A DNA stretch of 64,000 nt, taken from Octopus vulgaris. Lineage: Eukaryota. Below the pieces are notes generated by a model. That model saw only the letters and a program-made list of their open reading frames with translations, made no database searches and was not told the DNA's origin. Of this stretch, positions 25,501-38,588 are shown one piece after another; the first letter of the stretch is position 1; the number at the start of each line of letters is the position of its first letter. The position numbers were made by a program, and so were the translations under genes. The stretch spans positions 49,972,001 to 50,036,000 of the forward strand of contig OX597814.1 of assembly GCA_951406725.2 (NCBI GenBank), read 5' to 3'.

Positions 25501-25903
25501 ATGGGAGACTAATACACAAAGCCAAAAGTATATGAATGAAGAAATAATTACTGTTTTTGTCTTCAGGGTTGCTAATAAATATACAACAGAGGCCGCGGTA
25601 ACAAGCAGCTTTGAGGAAGATAAAGAAGCAATAGAAGAAACTATTATAAGCCTAAACAGTAAAGTGTAAATGGGATTTCAAAATGTCATAATGAAACAAT
25701 ATCGAGGGGACTATGCACAGCCACTTACTTTATATAGATGTTATTAAGTTATATCGACAATCCGAATAACAAAGTGAAAACATTTTCCAAATTATAAATT
25801 GTGTAACTGTGACTACAATATAGACTTGCCAAATGCATCAGGACCACTTTGAAAACGAGTAAGGCGACCATGTCGATAAATTCTGGCAATAAAATTAATC
25901 ATA

Positions 25904-27174
25904 TTGGCTTCACAACTAAGTTCGAACCGATTTTTTAAATTTAAATTTTTTAAAAGGTTTAATAAAAAAATAACAACTAATTAATCGATAATGTATTCAC
26001 CTTTGTTGTTTACAACTTCTTCCCTACGTTCAACAACATTTTCAATATTTCGTTGGTAGAAATCACCCAATTTCAACTCGAAAAACTGATCCAACAAAGC
26101 TCTCAATTCTGCATCAGTATTGAAAGAAACTCCGCGCATAGCGTTTGAAAGAGATCGAAAAAGGTGGAAATCCGTTGGTGCGAAATCAGTGAGTACGGTG
26201 GGTGTGGCAGCACTTCCCGCCCATGCGTTTGAATGGCTTCCTTGGTCATATTGGCGATATGAGGGCGGGCGTTGTCGTGCAGCAGAACTCCATGTTGCGG
26301 ATTAGGTCTTTTCTCTTGAATAGCCGTGTTGAGTCATTCCATCTATTGAACATATAGTTCCGCGTTGACCGTTTGGTTCCGTTCAAGCAATTCGTAATGG
26401 ATAATCCCTTCCAAGTCCCATCATACGCACAACATCGTTTTACGCGGATGAAAATCTTGTTTCACGCGCGGTGCCGCTTGTTTACCAAGGCTAAGCCATT
26501 CCTTACACTGCTTCATATTGATGTACAGGCACAATACTTCGTCTCCAGTAACGCCTCGTTAAAGAAATCGTTGCTTATGTCCATGAGTTGAATGATGACG
26601 AGCAAGCAAACCAGCGGGGATTGTGACTCGTTGATTTTTGTTGTTGTAACTTAAAGCATGCGGAAACCATGCTCCATACTTCTGAACCTTTCCTATCGAG
26701 TGAAGATGCTTCTCTATAGCAGTGTGGGAGCATTTCATTTTCTTTGCCAGTTCCCTTGTCGTTTGACGAGAATTTTCGTGCAAAAGTTGGTTTAATCGCT
26801 CTTCATGGCACTCAACTGGACGGCCAGGACGAGGTGCGTCTTTGAGGTCCAAATTTCCATTTTTGAACTTGGCATACCAATCACGAGCAGTTCTTTCAGC
26901 TATGGCATCCTCTCCATACACAGCCCAAATGTCGCGAGAAGCTTTTGCGGCCTCAGAACCTTGATTAAAGTGTCGAAAATGCTCGTTTTTCTTAACTTGA
27001 CATTCCATTTTAATGATCTGAAAACAAACAAAAATTAACTAAAATTAACTACAAAAAAAAAAAAATTCCAAAATGATTCAAAAATAGAATTCTCGAAGAA
27101 AATAGATTCCAAAATTTAAAAATGCAATAAATTCCAAAATTAAAAAAAAGGCGGTAACTTAGTTGCCAACCCTA
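25904..27174 (-). mobile_element. Decayed full-length mariner (mellifera-like)
   Basis: Imperfect TIRs with TA flanks; ORF 26559-27008 MECQVKKNEHFRH...PRPGRP...WFPHAL; frameshifted APTDFHLFRSL near 26150-26190. Confidence 0.92.
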
Positions 27175-28038
27175 TATATTAATGGTGTTAAAAACAGACG
27201 GGATATACAGATATCTGGGTATCAACGAATATGGACAAATTCAGTACGGTTGGATTAAAGAACTAATCTGAAAAACATACATATGATGAACTAAGATGAT
27301 TCTCAAGAAACAAATCTATATAAAAAAGGATATCTCTAACACACTTGCTCTCTCAACAGTACGATGCTGTTTCAATGTAGCAAACTGGAATATGAAAGAG
27401 AAAAGAAGAAATGACAAATACATAAAAACTACTGACGATATTCAGTCTCCACCGTCAAAAACTGACAGAAATAGTATATACAACCTTATGCAGAATGGTT
27501 GCACTCAAACACTATACTCTCGGGAAATGCACTTGATGAACCAGTATCCAAAGTAAGTGTGTCCCCAACTGGAAAGGTAAAACAAATAAAAATACAGATA
27601 AACAAATTAACCACCAATACACTAAAAATAAATGGGGGCAAAAGCCACTGCATGGAAAATACCCTATGAGAGCTAGGGGCCCAGATACATACTAAATTCT
27701 TACTCATCAGGGGCTGGTATGCTCTGATCTCAAGCCAAAAGCTGAAGGTCATATTATTGCTGCTCGGGATCAGTGCCTTTCAGCTGGGAATTAGTAGAGT
27801 AATTCTCTGAAACATGAAAGTAGTCTATTGTGCCGCATATTCAGAATCCATCCAAAGACGACCACATATTTTCTGGATTCGCCCGACTGACGCTAACAGA
27901 GTACTTGCAAAGACATGACAGGGCAGCTCAGTATGTATGCTGGTTAATATTCCTCACATACAGCCTATCCCACAAAGAGAATTGGTGGGAACATGAACCA
28001 CCTCAAGCAGTCTAGAATGCTGAAATTAATACACTTTA

Positions 28039-28271
28039 AAGGCGGCGAGCTGGCAGAAGCGTTAGCACGCCGGGCGAAATGCTTTGCGGTATTTCGTCTG
28101 TCGCTACGTTCTGAGTTCAAATTCCACCGAGGTCGAATTTACCTTTCATCCTTTCGGCGTCAATAAATTAAGTACCAGTTTCGCACTGGGGTCGATGTAA
28201 TCGACTTAATACGTTTGTCTGTCCTTGTTTGTCCCCTCTGTGTTTAGCCCCTTGTGGGTAGTAAAGAAATA
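28039..28271 (+). mobile_element. SINE family A, full length with 17-bp TSD
   Basis: GAAATTAA(T/C)ACACTTTA at 28022-28038 and 28272-28288. Confidence 0.92.
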
Positions 28272-28301
28272 GAAATTAACACACTTTAGAATTCCAGAGT
28301 T

Positions 28302-28477
28302 CAGGACCTTTACAATAAGGATAGGAAGGGGCTCATTGCAGTAGTATTTGGAGAGGATGCGGTGCAGGGATGCCCAATCCCTGTACCCGCTATGAAGCTT
28401 TTCTATAGGGTTAGGCTCTCCACTCCGGGCCTTGAGGTGGATCACTCCGACTACTCGTCCTCCTCAAAGGTGGATAA
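28302..28477 (+). repeat. 176-bp copy of R2 sequence matching 32567-32742
   Basis: Manual alignment, 4 mismatches, no indels. Confidence 0.95.
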
Positions 28478-29505
28478 AAAAATCATCATAGCGGACCAGA
28501 TATGATTGTAAATGATTCATGTTGAAAACACATGTCATTTGATTGATGTTGCAGTCTCAGCTGACAAAAACTCATGTCTGAAAACGTTTGAGAAATTGAG
28601 CAAATATAAGTACCTAGAGATTGAAATTATAATAATGTAACATCTCACATAATGTGGCATCTCACAGCTGACTTGGAGCCAAGAGTATATGTCATTATCT
28701 ATGTCACTTATACTATCTCTAAAGGTTCAATGCCCTATTCTGTCGTCCTAAGTGTTGAGGTATCTGCCTCATGGAATGTGTGTCGCTTGTTTTCCTACTT
28801 TACTGTTAGTCATGAAAACCAATCACCCACTTCCTCATAGAACACATGTCATGTTAGAATCGTCAAAAGATTCTCATAACTGCTCCTTTAAGAGAATATA
28901 GGAACATTGTCGGAGTACGTAAGCTTCCTGCTTGCTTGTTCTTTAGTGAATTTCTTAGGCAAAGTAGCACACATTTGTGACGTAACACCACCACGCTTCC
29001 TTCTTTGACTTGATTTGACCAATGTCTAAAATCCCACTTTGTCTTTTAGCGCTAGCAAAGGATTGTTGGAAGTACTTTCATTTACATCATTCAAGTGTGC
29101 CTTGTTGATATTGATATTGCTAGTATTTTTGTTTAAGTCTTGCAAGTTTATATTTTTGGCTGTCAAATTGCGACTTCCTATATTTTTAAGTGTATCTATT
29201 CGCTTCATGATTAGTTTTTACTGTTTGTCGTTTGTGAATTAGTTTGCATATTCTCAAATAATATTCTTGTTTCTTTTTTGCTAGCAATTCTTCGCGCTAC
29301 TTCTGCAAAAGAAGTGATATAGAATGAAACATGAATAAGAAAATGTTCTTTTTAACATGCATTAAATATATTATTTCATGTAGATCTCCATACATATCAA
29401 AGTCTTTTATTTGCAAAATAATGCAATAAACATTTTCAATCTGTAAAATTCGGAAATAATTTAATTTTCTTTATGCGGACTTAAAACATATATAGTCACC
29501 AAATC

Positions 29506-29558
<53 letters not shown>

Positions 29559-29770
29559 CCTTTCTACAATAGGCACAAAGCCTAAAATTTAGGGAGGAGG
29601 ATAGTCTATTACATTGACTCCAATTCTCAACTAGTACTTATATCATCGACCCCGAAAGGATGAAGGACAAAGTCGACCTCGGCGAAATTTGAACTCAGAA
29701 CGTAGTGACGGGGGAAATATCGCTAAGCATTTCGTCCAGCGCGCTATGATCCTCCTGCATGCTCACCGCT
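29559..29770 (-). mobile_element. SINE family A (alternative 3' tail)
   Basis: ATCGACCCCGAAAGGATGAAGG.CAAAGTCGACCTCGGCG core; tail differs from 691-760. Confidence 0.85.
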
Positions 29771-29772
29771 TT

Positions 29773-29924
<152 letters not shown>

Positions 29925-29925
<1 letters not shown>

Positions 29926-31085
29926 AGCTTAATACATTGCTTAATAGAGAAGAAATCCCAGACCGGTTGACAAAAGGAGGAATGGTGTTGTGTCTGAAGG
30001 ATGCATCGAAACGAAATACTGCTGACAATAATAGGCCAATTTCTTGCCTCCCATTAATGTGGAAGTTACTCTGAGAAGGAATTGCAGAAGAACTATACAA
30101 ATTTCTTGATGAGAACGATAAATTACCCCCGGAATAAAAATGCTGTAGAAGGAGTTGTAGAGGTACCAAAGATTATTGATAGACAAAATGGTAATGCAAG
30201 ATTGTAAACGAAAGAGAACAAATTTGGGAATGGCCTGGATCGACTATCGCAAAACATATGATATGATTCTACATTCGTGGGCCATCGAGTGCTTAGATCT
30301 GTTTGGAATTGCGAGGAATGTAACGTGTTTCCTCAACAGAAGTATAGTGGGGTGGAAAACTGAACTGACATCCTACGGAAAAGTTTGTGCACCATGGGCC
30401 AGAAGAGGGATTTTCTAGGGTGATAGCTTATCTCTGTTGCTTTTTGTTCTCTGCATGATCCCTCTGACTTTGGTACTTAAGAAAATGAACCTGGGATATC
30501 AGCTTAAAGGAAAATCTCAAACAGTCAACCACCTCATCTTCATGGTTGATTTGAAACTGTATGGCGAGGATGAGACACAAGTGAGTTCCTTGGTGAACAT
30601 GGTCTACTGTTTTAGTGCTGATACTAGAATAGAATTCGAACTCAAGAAATGTGGAATAATCTCCCTAAAATGAGGCAAGGTAGAGTCCCTAGCAAGGAAA
30701 GAATTACCGAATAGAGAAGAGATTAAATAAATTGAAACAGGAGGCTACATACCTTGGCACATTAGAGTTCAACGAGATGATGGAGAAGGAAATGAAAGAT
30801 CAACTGAGGATGGAATATTTCCGAAAACTAAGGTTGTAGTTGCTCTCAAAATTGACGGGATGGAATAAAATCCAAGTGGTTAGTACATGGGCGATAGCAT
30901 CACTCCGGCAAGGAGCTGGAAGTAAAAAATGGCAAAAGAAAAAACTAATGAAAATGGATCTGAAGACAAGAAAAAACGTTTACAGTGTACGGAGCCTTCC
31001 AACTTAAGAGTGACACCGATAGGCTGTACTTGTCCAGATAAAAGGGTGGGAGAGGTTTGGTTAATTGTTAGGATCGTATCGGAGC
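29925..31085 (+). pseudogene. R4/Dong-type LINE reverse transcriptase remnant
   Basis: [44 protein letters not shown], then an RLYL..GGRGL-like region. Confidence 0.88.
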
Positions 31086-31169
31086 GGAATGACGATGATG
31101 ACGACAACGACGACGATACTGATGAGGATTTTATTTTTGTTTAAAAATTACCAACCCATTAAGTGTTTA

Positions 31170-31680
31170 CTCTTTATTTGCAGAAGAGATATGATACTGT
31201 TTATATGAGAAACAATGTCTGTAAACAGAAAGCTTGTCGAAAAAAGAACATAATAACAGAGGACGAAGATCGATCCAAATAGTTTTGAGAAATATAAGAA
31301 AGAGAATGACAAATTTATGCACTATGTGGATCGATCATAGAATATGACCTAGTTCCATACTCGTGGATCAAAAGTTGCCTAGAGATGTTCAATTTCTGGA
31401 AAATGTTTAGATGTCTTTTAGAAAATATAATGCAACATTGGCGAGAAGAATTAACTTCGAGCGGAGAAACGGTGTTAGATGTATAGATTAGAAGGGAAAT
31501 CTTTCAAGTGGGCAGCATCTCTTCTATCTTATCTGTAATAATACTGATCTCTTTGTCGATTATATTAAGCAAAACAAAAGAAGGACATTCAGGAGAAAAC
31601 AATTGGGAAAAATAAATAATCTGCCGTTTATGAAAGCTTTATGGCCAAGTCAAGAATCAACTAGATTCTTTAGTGCTATT
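31170..31680 (+). pseudogene. Older, heavily decayed R4/Dong-type RT remnant
   Basis: WID.., IRREIFQVGSISSILSVIILISLS (RGIFQGDSLSPLLF-like). Confidence 0.5.
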
Positions 31681-32420
31681 TCTGTGAGGTTTTCTTGACA
31701 TGTAGCAATTTCCCTTATGGGTCATATATACATACATGATACTGTAAGGTGTGATTCTTGGGACATGTAGCCGTTATTTCTACCAGGTGAAGATAGCATG
31801 TAAAGATTCTCACGTTGGCCAATACAGGCATATATATATGCACGCACATATATTAAAAAGTTGAGTATGATAAGATGAATTGTTTTCACGTCTCAATAAG
31901 AAGCTTGCATAGCTTACTTACAGAGTAACAGTTAGGTGGATGGGTCTGAAGAAATCTTTTGAAATAATCTGCAGATATACGATTAATTTCGAAATCTGGA
32001 GATCGTTAAATTGTATTATTGAGATGATTGATGTATCAGATCAATACTTATAAGAACTGTGGTGTATATGACTTTTTGGTCAAACTAAAGTGTCTGACTC
32101 GAGCAAAAAATTAATTAAAAATTAGTGTAATAGGTATAAACTAACTTGCTGTAAACGAATATGAAAAAAAAATCGCTCTCGCGAACGGGGTCTGGGGGAC
32201 TCGGAATATTCACATCGTGAATTTTCCGAGTCGTCTCACCACAGAAAAAAAAAATTAGTGTAATAGGTGTACAACAACATGTAGTAAACGAATATGAAAA
32301 AAAATTGTACGCTTGCGAACGGGGGTGGGAGAGAGGTCTCGGAAAATTCACATCGTCAGACAATGACCTTTAAACTCTAGTGTTTGACCGGAGCAAAAAA
32401 AAATAATTAAAAATTAGTGT

Positions 32421-35022
32421 GGAATTCTTTCATTAGAAATGTAGAGGACTGGGTGAAGCATTATAGGTTGCACAGTATGGAGGCTACTAGAGGGTACAAA
32501 GGAACAAAAAATGAGAACCGCTCCAAATTTCGGCGGCGTGAAAAGTTGTTTCGATTTGCACGCCACCAGGACCTTTACAATAAGGATAGGAAGGGGCTCA
32601 TTGCAGTAGTATTTGGAGAGGATGTGGTGCAGAGATGCCCAATCCCTGTGCCCGCTATGAAGCTTTTCTATAGGGTTAGGCTCTCCACTCCGGGCCTTGA
32701 TGTGGATCACTCCGACTACTCGTCCTCCTCAAAGGTGGATAACGATCCTATTTTGCGACCGTTCTCTGGGAAGGGGGTGAAAATTAGTCGGAGACAAATG
32801 AATCCTTTCTCAGCGGCGGGTCCTGATGGACTTAGCGTTCGTGAGGTTAATTCCATGGACCCCTGTATCCTCACCAACGTGTGTAACTGCATGTTGCTGA
32901 CCGGGAAGGTTCCCAATATCCTGTAGCGAGGAAGATCCGTCCTCTATACCTTAGAAGGGGAACGATCCTATGGACGTCACCAATTGGCGACCACTGACGA
33001 TATTTTCTGCGGTGTATCGTACGGATTTATCCGGGCTGATGGCTGCAGCGAGAACTCTTTTCTCCTGCGGCAATTGGTCAACCGAGCGATGGGGAGGCCA
33101 GCACTGCTGAGAATACCGCGTCTAGAGGTGGCTTTCATGGATATCGTCAAGGCCTTCGATACAGTCGCGCACTCGTTGGTGTACGTGGGACTGCGAAGGC
33201 TTAGCTACCACGAGCACGTTATAGCGCTCGTGGAGGGGATCTATGTAAGTAGCGCTACCAGATTCTCAGTCGGTGGGCAACTTAGCGAGCCCATCGAGAT
33301 TTGGGGTGGTGTTAGACAAGGGGACGCACTGTCGCCAGTCCTCTTTAGTATTGCGACCGACCCGCTGTTAGATGTTCTGTCAGACAGCGGAGGTCTCAGT
33401 GTTGAGGGGATCAGAATAGCAGGGCTCGCGTACGCTGACAATTTGGTCCTAGTTGCTGGGTCGCACGATGGTCTCCAAACTCTTGTGGATAGATACCTGG
33501 AGTTCTATCGCGCAATCGGGCTAGGTATCAACATCGGTAAACGTGCGTGATTCTCCATTCGTGGCTGGGACAAGTCCTATCTTGTCAACGATAGCACTCC
33601 GCCGAGTCTCGATGGTATTGCGATGGAAAACGTAGAACTGGGAGAGAAGGTGTCCTACCTAGGACTTTATATTCCTAAATGGACTTCCAGCTCGAGTCGG
33701 GAATTTTGCTTAGATTCAGTGGGGCAGGTGTCCCTGAATATCGATAAGATTTGCAGGGCTCCACTGACACCCCGACAGAAATTCCTCTTGTTACAACAGT
33801 ATTATTTGCTGAGACTATTTCATAGTCTCACGCAGGTGCTACCGTCAAAAGGAATTCTCCTTGAACGGGCTTCAGTGTGGGAGCTAGGCGGATTCTTCAT
33901 TTCCCGGATACCATTTCTTCCTTTCTATATAGCATCCGGCGTGATGGCTGGTTAAGTGTTCACCAGATGGTGAAGATGACCCCCAAATGTGTCATCCGCC
34001 GTAATCTTCGCCTTCTGACGTCGGGATACGCCTCCGTGAAAAAGATTGCTGATTCTGCAGGATTAGCTGAACAGAATCAGCAATTAGTAGCTTCCATCGA
34101 CTTGCCGTTGCTCCCTGCTGACAATACCGAATACGACCCGGACATCCGGCTGGTGCACTCCCATAGATGCACGGGGGCGTGTGCGGCGGTGTTTCGTGGG
34201 AATGCAATTGGCAATAGTTGGATAAGTAGACCGGGTGCTGATTACGGAGAAGTGCTTCTTGAGTTTATTCAAGATGCGCTCCAACGTATTTCCCTCCCGA
34301 GAGATCTTGACACGTGGTGGCCGAGGGGACTTCGCGTGCCCAAGATGTAGTGTAGGGGTGGCGACAATATCTCACGTCAGTGGAATTTGCAGATGCAACA
34401 AAATCTGTAATCTGGTAACGAAAGAAGCTGCCAACTATGGCTAGAGTATCAGCGTGGAGGCTTCGTACATTGTTGGAGGCTCCAGGCTGATACCCGACTT
34501 AGTCTTTAACCATCCTAAGAAAATAGTAGTAGTAGTAGTCGACGTGACAGTCCGGTTGGAGCAGGGAGATGCCTTGAGAGAGGTATCTCTTGAGAAAGAG
34601 CGCAAGTATCGACCGCTCATACCATTGCTGTTTTGTAAGAGTTTAATCGGTCGGTAGAAGTGCATGGACTCCCAATCGGTGCCTGTGGTGCCTGGTGCTG
34701 GCCTGCGAGTGCGACACTAGTTGCTTTGGGCATTAAGGACAGGTCATTCCGACGACTTCTCAGCAGGACGGCTCTCAGCATGAGGATCTTGCGGACAGGA
34801 TCCCTGTATGATGACTAGGAGTAACTAAAATCATAAAATATGACAATAATACCGGATTGACAAAATAGGTGGTTCACATGTACCCTTGGCGGGTTAGTAG
34901 GAGTCTCCCTAGGAATGACACTTTTCTAGTGCCTGCGTTCGTGCGTGTGGCTAATGACGGGGCATTAGTGGGACCGCCCACTATAATCAAAGGGAAAGAA
35001 TTGGCAAAGTCAATACACACAA
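32421..35022 (+). mobile_element. 5'-truncated, frameshifted R2-clade non-LTR retrotransposon (RT + CCHC + RLE + 3' UTR)
   Basis: SAAGPDG, GFIRADGCSEN, FMDIVKAFD, GVRQGDALSP, LAYADN, APLTPRQK, CPRC..TISHVSGIC, IPDLVF, VVDVTV, EKERKY, VHGLPIGACGAW; stop at 34816-34818; followed by the 28S target sequence. Confidence 0.88.
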
Positions 35023-35038
35023 TAGCCAAATGCCCCGT
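35023..35038 (+). other. 28S rRNA R2 target-site downstream flank (15/16 match)
   Basis: TAGCCAAATGCCCCGT vs the conserved 28S AAGG^TAGCCAAATGCCTCGT, at the R2 3' junction. Confidence 0.85.
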
Positions 35039-35959
35039 TTGTTGTACACCTATTACATTATTTTTTTCTTTTTTTTTTGTTCGGGTCAAACACTAAAGTT
35101 TAAAGATCATTGTCTGACGATGTGAATTTTTCCAGTCCTCCCCTACCCCCGTTCGCGAGCATTTTTGTTTTCATATTCGTTTACAGCAAGCTCTTTTACA
35201 CCGACTGCACTAATTTTTAATTATTTTTTTGCTCGGGTCAAACACCTTAGTTTGACCGATTTTTCTTTAAAGATTCAGTACCATATGTTGTTTAAAAAAA
35301 CATTTGAAAAGAAAAAGGAGTTCTTCATAGAATACAAAACCTGAATACAATCCATTTTTTACATATGTAACAAATTATTACAAGGACTACCATTAAAAAA
35401 AATCACTTGGCGCATGCAGACATCTCACCGATTTCCATTGATACAGGAATTCGGTAATGAAGAACTGAAACATTTTGACGTTATATTCATTATTCTTTTT
35501 TGCTTTACATTGTAGTTCATGGAAACTTGGTCCAACCAATAACTGTCGCCAAGTCAGTCAAGTCGATATATTCACTATTTATCGTAGAACTTTTTAGTTC
35601 AATACCTGGTTGTAGGGAAAAAAATTCCTCATGGAGAATGTTCCAGAGAGCTGTAGTTCAGGAATAAATGCGATCAATAGGCAAGTTTAAGGAAGAAACT
35701 CAGTACTCTTAACAAGAGGATGAAATTAAACTTTTGTGCTATAGGATTAGATAGATCTTGATAGAAATATTACACACCTTACCTGTCCAGAAAAGCATAC
35801 AGTGTTGTAGAATAGCAAATAGAAATTGCTGATGAGTGTAGAATAACTCTTCAGCTATGATAACCGATCTTCTTGTTCTTCTTCTTTCCAGGGAAATAAT
35901 GGGTTCCAAGCAGAGGCAACGGGCTGTCAACGAGATCTTTACGAAGAAGGTGCTGCATA

Positions 35960-36250
35960 CAGACTAAGATCCATAGAAGGCTACATTGAAGGTTGTTTAC
36001 GAAGATGATCAAATTGATAAGAGCAATGTGTATAAATCAATGAAGAAGATTACAAAGAAAGAAACTAGCATTGAAGACAAGTCACAGTGGAAAACCATCA
36101 ACTTTGACCACTGACACAAGTCGTCAGAGAGTGAACGAATTTATGTGAGTTTTCTGCACGAATAGACTATAGTCAATAAATTACAGATGATGGTGGAATG
36201 CATTATAGTCAAGGAAACCAGTTACATCCCTACTTCGAGATATTTCACTT
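35960..36250 (+). pseudogene. Mariner transposase N-terminal HTH remnant
   Basis: LKVVYEDDQIDKSNVYKSMKKITKKETSIEDKS..GKPST (VYG...EDxxRSGRP-like). Confidence 0.5.
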
Positions 36251-38070
36251 TCAGCTAAAATTAGAAGTCATTATGATGCTGCATTATCTGAACCCAACGA
36301 AGTGTGGTTACTTGATCTGCTAGAAATAGTTGCCAAGCCACTTTCAAATCACAACCATATCTTTAATACAGAGGGGAAAACGCTTTGAATAATGCAGTGC
36401 CAGATAAATTATACCTAAAAGAATTGATAGGATACTCATGGCTAGAATGCATATGCTTATAGGTCCGCACGATCAAGGCTGTATAGGAGTTAAACAACAA
36501 CTGTAAAAAAAGCTTGTATTGAAAAATACATTACTTTTGATAAGCTGCAGTATAACATGTCTATATAGTACTATTATTGTATTTTTTCAATGAATTTATT
36601 TCTTAGAGAGTTTCATGTTTTTCTTACTTTTATTATCTGTTAGTTAAATCTCAAACGCTATTTTCTTTTGAATCGACTCTCTAAAATTCTTAAATGAACA
36701 TTTGTTCTGCAACTTTACTTCAGAAGTTTAATTATTTAACAGTAGAAGCAGACAGTAGAAGCTCCTGGGTTTAGAGACCCATCCCTGTTGGAGAGAGAAA
36801 ATAATAATAAATAAAACAGAATGCAGTTAGTGCTAGTAAATTCCCAACTGATTCTGCTGATGTTTATTATACAGCACTTCATTTACTTACTCACTCCATA
36901 TATACACACATACTACTACTGCTTAGAAGTGGATCACAGGTTCGACTCCTTAGTACCCACCTACCGTTAAGTATATATGTCTCTCTCTCTCTCTTTATAC
37001 ACATAAACACACAAACACACACACGTGCGCACATCTATTATTAAATAGTTCACAAAGTTATATCCATTATTCAGATTTCCCATAAGAAAAAAAAAAGAGG
37101 AAAAAAAGAAAAGCATGAAAATATGAGGTACATACTTAATATGGGGACATCTGTTAATGATATAAAACGTACCTCTAAAAGTATATTCCTCTCAAGTTTC
37201 CTACACATCGTTGAATCTTCCGGACACTGTTGGAGCTCCGCTCTAGTTAGACTATCAGGACCTTACCAAAGCTTATATAATAAGCAATTAACTAGCAACC
37301 AAGAAAGTAGTGGTTAAATAAACTCTCAGAATTTATGCCCCATAATATTCAAATTTTTATCTATACTCTTGTTTGTTTCTCAGTAATGTACTCAGTCGTG
37401 TAAAATACCGAATGAATGATATAAAATTACGTGAATGGATTGGATTGGATAACTGCAGGGGCTGTTAGCTACCAAGAAACATTCAACCTCTGTATTAGAT
37501 GGAAAGGACAAGTGTTACTTTACTAACTGTGAGGGTATGTTTTTATTTTATTAAATAACCAAACTGGTAGAAAAGATATCACCATTCGTCAGTATTTGTG
37601 TTATTTGAATACTCAGTAGCACATTCTAGTAAAGTCTGTTCTCGAAGAATTTACATAAGCGCGGGCATGGCTATGTGGTAAGAAACTTGCTTCCCAACCA
37701 CATTTCGCATGCTTTCAATGAATGTGACATAGAAATTACGCGTAAACGGTTCTTTTCCCTAGAAAAGGAAAGATTTGGCTGCTATTTCTTGCATGCCCTG
37801 CTACCACGTAACTACTCGAAAGGCAAGAGTTTCTTCCCTTTCAGGATTAAGTTAATTTCGGAGAATTTTCCCATTATGCACCGTTTTGGGTATATATACC
37901 CCGAAAACCCCTAATATCTCCACATCCCCTTGTCCGATTTACGCGAAGTTTGCTTTATCCCGTGTGTGTGTAGTGTGTGCGCATGTGTGCACGTGTGTGT
38001 TTTTGTGCATGCATACATATCATATATATATATACGCGCACACACACACATATATGTATATATATACAGC

Positions 38071-38113
<43 letters not shown>

Positions 38114-38497
38114 CTATATACATATATATACATATTCATACATAAAAGATACACACATATATATTAGGGCCACTCAGGATCTAAAATATAGTTTTGTAAG
38201 AAGCAGCATGCTCCTTGCATCAGCTTATATCCTACGCAAAGAGCAAACATTAAAGGAATGCACAATCTCCACCCAATAAAATGGCACAATATACAACGCA
38301 TATTCATCACTAACACGGGCACTGTACATATCTTACACTGCGGTGGAAATAATAAAACTGCACCAGAAAGTGAAAACCCATAGCAAAGTAAAATTAATGC
38401 GATATGCTTATACGGGCCTACTTTTCCAAACACAACGCAGCAGAAACTTTAGGAAAAAGGGAGCTGCACTTGCTGATGTAGTAGAAATATACATGAA

Positions 38498-38549
<52 letters not shown>

Positions 38550-38588
38550 TGACGACGACGACGACCACGACTACTACTACTACTAATA

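Larger units (their letters stand above)
27180..28660 (+). mobile_element. R4/Dong-type LINE 3' remnant (RLE endonuclease), interrupted by a SINE and an R2 fragment
   Basis: YRYLGI, KPLHGKY, AEGHIIAARDQ, RHDRAAQY, WWEHEP, PDMIV, LIDVAV, KLSKYKYL in broken frames. Confidence 0.8.
32078..35257. mobile_element. TIR element (Merlin/foldback-like) with long modular TIRs enclosing an R2 retrotransposon
   Basis: Left end GGTCAAACTAAAGTGTCTGACTCGAGCAAAAAA vs right end rc GGTCAAACTAAGGTGTTTGACCCGAGCAAAAAA; arms 32078-32420 and 35039-35257 built of ~160-bp units; flanks GACTTTTT/GATTTTTC (6/8). Confidence 0.8.

Noticed and set aside
32078-32420. CRISPR-like or LTR repeats
   Set aside because: Units are ~160-bp degenerate repeats mirrored as an inverted arm; no spacers, cas genes or direct LTR pair
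35023-35038. rRNA gene
   Set aside because: Only 16 nt match 28S; no other rDNA in the window
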